Origin: Micrococcus luteus NCTC 2665
GTDB lineage: Bacteria; Actinomycetota; Actinomycetes; Actinomycetales; Micrococcaceae
Length of the DNA stretch: 32,000 bases
Assembly: GCF_000023205.1 (NCBI RefSeq)
Contig: NC_012803.1
Span: 210,001 to 242,000, forward strand
Direction of reading: 5' to 3'
A model generated the notes under the pieces. The model had not been told where the DNA came from. It was given only the letters and a program-made list of their open reading frames with translations, and did no database searches. The translations under genes and the position numbers were made by a program. Shown piece after piece: positions 28,326 through 32,000 of the stretch; position 1 is the first letter of the stretch, and each line of letters opens with the position of its first letter.

Positions 28326-30023
28326 ATGGCCGTGGGCTTCACCCAGCACGACCCGTCCCGCACCATCCGCGCCCCACGCGGCACCGAGCTGTCCGCCAAG
28401 TCCTGGCAGACCGAGGCCCCGCTGCGGATGCTCATGAACAACCTGGACCCCGAGGTCGCCGAGCGTCCCGAGGACCTCGTCGTCTACGGCGGCACCGGCC
28501 GCGCGGCCCGCTCCTGGGAGGCCTACGACGCCATCGTCGCCACCCTCAAGGACCTCGAGGAGGACGAGACCCTCCTGGTGCAGTCCGGCAAGCCGGTGGG
28601 CGTGTTCCGCACCAACAAGTGGGCCCCGCGCGTGCTGATCGCCAACTCCAACCTCGTGGGCGACTGGGCCACGTGGCCGGAGTTCCGCAAGCTCGAGGCC
28701 GAGGGCCTCATGATGTACGGCCAGATGACCGCCGGCTCCTGGATCTACATCGCCACCCAGGGCATCCTGCAGGGCACCTACGAGACCTTCGCCGCGATCG
28801 GCCGCAAGAAGTACGACGGCACCCTCAAGGGCACCCTCACCCTCACCGGCGGTTGCGGTGGCATGGGCGGCGCCCAGCCCCTGGCCGTCACCCTCAACGG
28901 CGGCGTCTGCCTGATCGTGGACGTCTCGGAGGACCGCCTGCGCCGCCGCATGGGCAAGCGCTACCTGGACGAGGTCGAGACCGACCTGGACAAGGCCGTG
29001 GCACGCGTCATGCAGGCCAAGAACGACGGCGAGGCCGTCTCCGTGGGCCTCGTGGGCAACGCCGCCGAGGTCTTCCCCGAGCTGCTCGAGCGCCAGAAGC
29101 GCGGCGAGATCGAGATCGACATCGTCACGGACCAGACCTCCGCGCACGATCCGCTGTCCTACCTGCCGATCGAGGTCACCGAGGCCGACTGGCAGGCCGA
29201 GGCCGAGGCCGACCCGGAGACCTTCACCAAGAAGGCCCAGGAGTCCATGGCCCGTCAGGTGGAGGCCATGGTCGGTTTCCAGGACATCGGCGCCGAGGTC
29301 TTCGACTACGGCAACTCCATCCGCGACGAGGCCCGCAAGGCCGGCTACTCCCGCGCCTTCGAGTTCCCGGGCTTCGTCCCGGCCTACATCCGCCCGCTGT
29401 TCTGCGAGGGCCTCGGCCCGTTCCGCTGGGCCGCGCTCTCCGGCGACCCGGAGGACATCCGCGTGACCGACGAGGCCCTGAAGGAGCTGTTCCCCGAGAA
29501 CGAGCACCTGCACCGCTGGCTGGACGGCGCCGCCGAGTTTGTGGAGTTCGAGGGCCTGCCGGCCCGCATCTGCTGGCTGGGCTACGGCGAGCGCCACAAG
29601 GCCGGCCTGCTCTTCAACCAGCTCGTGGCCGAGGGCAGGGTCAAGGCGCCGATCGTGATCGGCCGCGACCACCTCGACTCCGGCTCCGTGGCCTCCCCGT
29701 ACCGCGAGACCGAGTCCATGCTGGACGGCTCCGACGCGATCGCCGACTGGCCGCTGCTGAACGCCCTGACCGCCACCTCCTCGGGTGCCACCTGGGTGTC
29801 GATCCACCACGGCGGCGGCGTCGGCATCGGCCGCTCCATCCACGCCGGCCAGGTCGGCGTGGCCGACGGCACCGAGCTGGCCGCGGCCAAGCTCGAGGCG
29901 CTGCTCACCAACGACCCGGGCATGGGCGTCATCCGCCACGTCGACGCCGGCTACTCCCGCGCCGCCGAGGTGGCGAAGGAGCGCGGCGTCCGTGTGCCCA
30001 TGGAGGCCACGATCCGGGACTGA
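28326..30023 (+). CDS. hutU: urocanate hydratase
   Basis: 565 aa from ATG 28326. It carries the signature [13 protein letters not shown] and is HutU-like throughout. Confidence 0.95.
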   Translation: MAVGFTQHDPSRTIRAPRGTELSAKSWQTEAPLRMLMNNLDPEVAERPEDLVVYGGTGRAARSWEAYDAIVATLKDLEEDETLLVQSGKPVGVFRTNKWAPRVLIANSNLVGDWATWPEFRKLEAEGLMMYGQMTAGSWIYIATQGILQGTYETFAAIGRKKYDGTLKGTLTLTGGCGGMGGAQPLAVTLNGGVCLIVDVSEDRLRRRMGKRYLDEVETDLDKAVARVMQAKNDGEAVSVGLVGNAAEVFPELLERQKRGEIEIDIVTDQTSAHDPLSYLPIEVTEADWQAEAEADPETFTKKAQESMARQVEAMVGFQDIGAEVFDYGNSIRDEARKAGYSRAFEFPGFVPAYIRPLFCEGLGPFRWAALSGDPEDIRVTDEALKELFPENEHLHRWLDGAAEFVEFEGLPARICWLGYGERHKAGLLFNQLVAEGRVKAPIVIGRDHLDSGSVASPYRETESMLDGSDAIADWPLLNALTATSSGATWVSIHHGGGVGIGRSIHAGQVGVADGTELAAAKLEALLTNDPGMGVIRHVDAGYSRAAEVAKERGVRVPMEATIRD

Positions 30024-30088
30024 CCCCGGTCACGTCGTCGGACGACGACGGTGCCGCCGCGCCGCCGCCGTCCGACGTCTTCACCGCC

Positions 30089-30122
30089 GCGAGCCGGACG
30101 GGCGGCCGCCCGTCCGGCTCGC
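30089..30122. other. 34-nt perfect GC-rich palindrome inside the hut operon (between hutU and the permease gene)
   Basis: GCGAGCCGGACGGGCG GC CGCCCGTCCGGCTCGC. There is no U-tract. It may be an attenuator, a processing or stability element, or an I-shaped terminator. Confidence 0.6.
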
Positions 30123-30140
30123 GATCGAAAGGACACCACG

Positions 30141-31517
30141 ATGGACTCGTCCCGCCCCGCAGACCACGAGCTGCACACCGACACCACCGCGATGGCCGCG
30201 ATCGAGGCCGACGCGCCCCGCCCGCCGGCGCGCTGGCGCATGATCGTCTACTCGACGATCGGCATCGTCATGTTCTTCGTGCCCGTCACGATCAACGGGG
30301 CGAGCTCCATCCCGCTGGACCACCTGGTGACCTGGGTGCGCGGGCTGCTCGGCCCGGCCGACCGCTGGGTGGGCCTGGCCATCATCGCCGCCGGCGCCGT
30401 GTACCCGTTCGCCTCGGGCCGCTGGCGGACCAGCACCACGCGGACGGTCTTCGCCCTCCTCGCCGTGCTCGGCCTGGTCGCCTCGGCGATGGTCGTGTTC
30501 GGCGTGGGCCCGAGCTGGATCCTGGACGAGAGCATCGGCCCGTTCCTGATGGACAAGCTCGTGGTGCCCGTGGGCCTGATCGTCCCCATCGGCGGCGTCT
30601 TCCTGGCCCTCGTGATCGGCTACGGCCTCATGGAGTTCGTGGGCGTCTACCTGCGCCCGGCCATGCGGCCGATCTGGCGCGTGCCCGGCCGCGCCGCCGT
30701 CGACGCCGTCGCCTCCTTCGTGGGCTCCTACGCCCTGGGCCTGCTGCTGACGAACCGCATGTACACCGGGGGCCGCTACACGGCCCGCGAGGCGGCGATC
30801 ATCGCCGTCGGGTTCTCCACGGTGTCCGCGACCTTCATGGTGATCGTCGCCAAGACGCTGGGCCTGATGGACATCTGGCTCTGGTACTTCTTCGGCACCC
30901 TCGTGGTGACGTTCGTGGTCACGGCCATCACCGTGCGCCTCCCGCCGCTGAGCCGCATCCCGGACGAGGTGTACCCCGGCGCGGTGCACTCGCCCGAGCA
31001 GGCCGTCACCCGGGACCGCTTCCGCGTGGCCCTGCGCGCCGCCGAGCAGACCCTCGCCGAGGCCCCGTCCCTGCCGAAGAACATCTGGGTCAACTTCCGG
31101 GACGGCCTCGTGATGGTGCTCCAGATCCTGCCCTCCATCATGTCCGTGGGCCTGATCGCCCTGGTCCTGGCCACGTACACGCCCGTGTTCGAGTGGATCG
31201 GCGTGATCTTCTACCCGCTGTTCTGGGCGCTGGGCTACTCCGACCCCGGCCTGCTGGCCTCGGCCTCCGCCACCTCGATCGCCGAGATGTTCATCCCGGC
31301 CACGATGGCGGCCGGTCACGAGGACCTCGTCGCCCGGTTCGTGATCGGCGTCGTCTGCGTCTCCGCGATCATCTTCTTCTCCGCGGTGGTTCCTGCCATC
31401 CTGGCCACGGACATCCCCGTGAAGATGTGGCACCTCCTGGTGATCTGGGTCGAGCGCGTGGCGCTCACCATCGTGCTGGCCACGCCGCTGGCCCACCTGG
31501 TGGCCGCGCTCACCTGA
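30141..31517 (+). CDS. YjiH-like / nucleoside-recognition (Gate) domain membrane protein, putative histidine or urocanate permease
   Basis: 458 aa from ATG 30141 with many TM helices. The pattern (...[34 protein letters not shown]...) is as in YjiH-family proteins. It is embedded between hutU and hutI. Confidence 0.65.
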   Translation: MDSSRPADHELHTDTTAMAAIEADAPRPPARWRMIVYSTIGIVMFFVPVTINGASSIPLDHLVTWVRGLLGPADRWVGLAIIAAGAVYPFASGRWRTSTTRTVFALLAVLGLVASAMVVFGVGPSWILDESIGPFLMDKLVVPVGLIVPIGGVFLALVIGYGLMEFVGVYLRPAMRPIWRVPGRAAVDAVASFVGSYALGLLLTNRMYTGGRYTAREAAIIAVGFSTVSATFMVIVAKTLGLMDIWLWYFFGTLVVTFVVTAITVRLPPLSRIPDEVYPGAVHSPEQAVTRDRFRVALRAAEQTLAEAPSLPKNIWVNFRDGLVMVLQILPSIMSVGLIALVLATYTPVFEWIGVIFYPLFWALGYSDPGLLASASATSIAEMFIPATMAAGHEDLVARFVIGVVCVSAIIFFSAVVPAILATDIPVKMWHLLVIWVERVALTIVLATPLAHLVAALT

Positions 31518-31564
31518 GGCCCGCCCCACCGCCCCACCCCCGTCCGTCCCGCAGAGAGGCCCCC

Positions 31565-32000
31565 ATGCGCTCCACGCTCATCACCGACATCGCCGAGCTG
31601 ACCACCGTCGACCCCGAAGGGCGGGTGCTCACGGACGCGGCCGTCGTCGTCGAGGACGAGCGCATCGCCTGGATCGGCCCTGCCGCGGACGCCCCGGACG
31701 CGGACGACCGGGTGTCCGTCGAGGGCCGCGCCGTGCTGCCCGGCTGGGTGGACTCCCACACGCACCTCGTGTTCGACGGGGACCGCTCCGCCGAGTTCGA
31801 GGCCCGCATGGCCGGTGAGTCCTACGCGGCCGGCGGCATCGGCGTGACCACCTCCGCCACCCGTGCCGCCTCGGACGACCGCCTGGCCGAGCTGGTCCGC
31901 GGCCGGGTGGCCGACGCGGTGGCCGGCGGCACCACCTACCTCGAGACCAAGACCGGCTACGGGCTCACCGTGGAGGAGGAGGCGCGCCACGCGCGCCTGC
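31565..32000 (+). CDS. hutI: imidazolonepropionase, 5' part (runs off the window)
   Basis: [16 protein letters not shown]...[48 protein letters not shown] matches the HutI N-terminal metal-binding HxH region. It is not in the ORF track because there is no stop within the window. Confidence 0.85.
   Translation, partial: MRSTLITDIAELTTVDPEGRVLTDAAVVVEDERIAWIGPAADAPDADDRVSVEGRAVLPGWVDSHTHLVFDGDRSAEFEARMAGESYAAGGIGVTTSATRAASDDRLAELVRGRVADAVAGGTTYLETKTGYGLTVEEEARHARL

Overview
Very GC-rich, densely coding chromosomal window that looks actinobacterial (Micrococcales-like codon usage, TANNNT -10 boxes, several apparently leaderless genes). Most of it is core metabolism. In order: corA, a small membrane protein, a TrmH/SpoU methyltransferase, an SMP-30/gluconolactonase-like protein, a secreted LIP-family lipase, class II fructose-bisphosphate aldolase, a RamB/ScfR-type regulator divergent from an aceA-aceB glyoxylate-shunt operon, an orphan lipoprotein, DUF3151-tdk, a frameshifted AtoE-type short-chain fatty acid transporter, bioB, purA, a large-subunit (HPII) catalase, a C-N hydrolase, and an IclR-regulated hut cluster (hutU, YjiH-like permease, 5' part of hutI). 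There are two complete insertion sequences. An IS5/IS427-like copy at 33-978 has its transposase broken over three frames. An intact IS256-family copy at 17026-18449 has 9-bp target duplications. A ~4 kb decayed accessory patch (about 15.85-19.97 kb) holds a serine-recombinase remnant, an excisionase-HTH/AbiEi-like gene, the IS256, a 5' stump of a second IS5-like element, a GNAT acetyltransferase and a small membrane protein. I saw no rRNA, tRNA or CRISPR. I did not find a convincing multi-gene novel system. The most unusual unexplained signal is a ~90-nt motif-plus-hairpin element present twice in opposite orientation (14278-14367 and 27381-27469). Next are a Cys-containing C-terminal extension on BioB, tandem BioQ-type operators, and several long palindromes and tandem repeats in intergenic regions. 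All coordinates and alignments were worked out by hand from the sequence. Family assignments rest on recognisable motifs, not on database searches.
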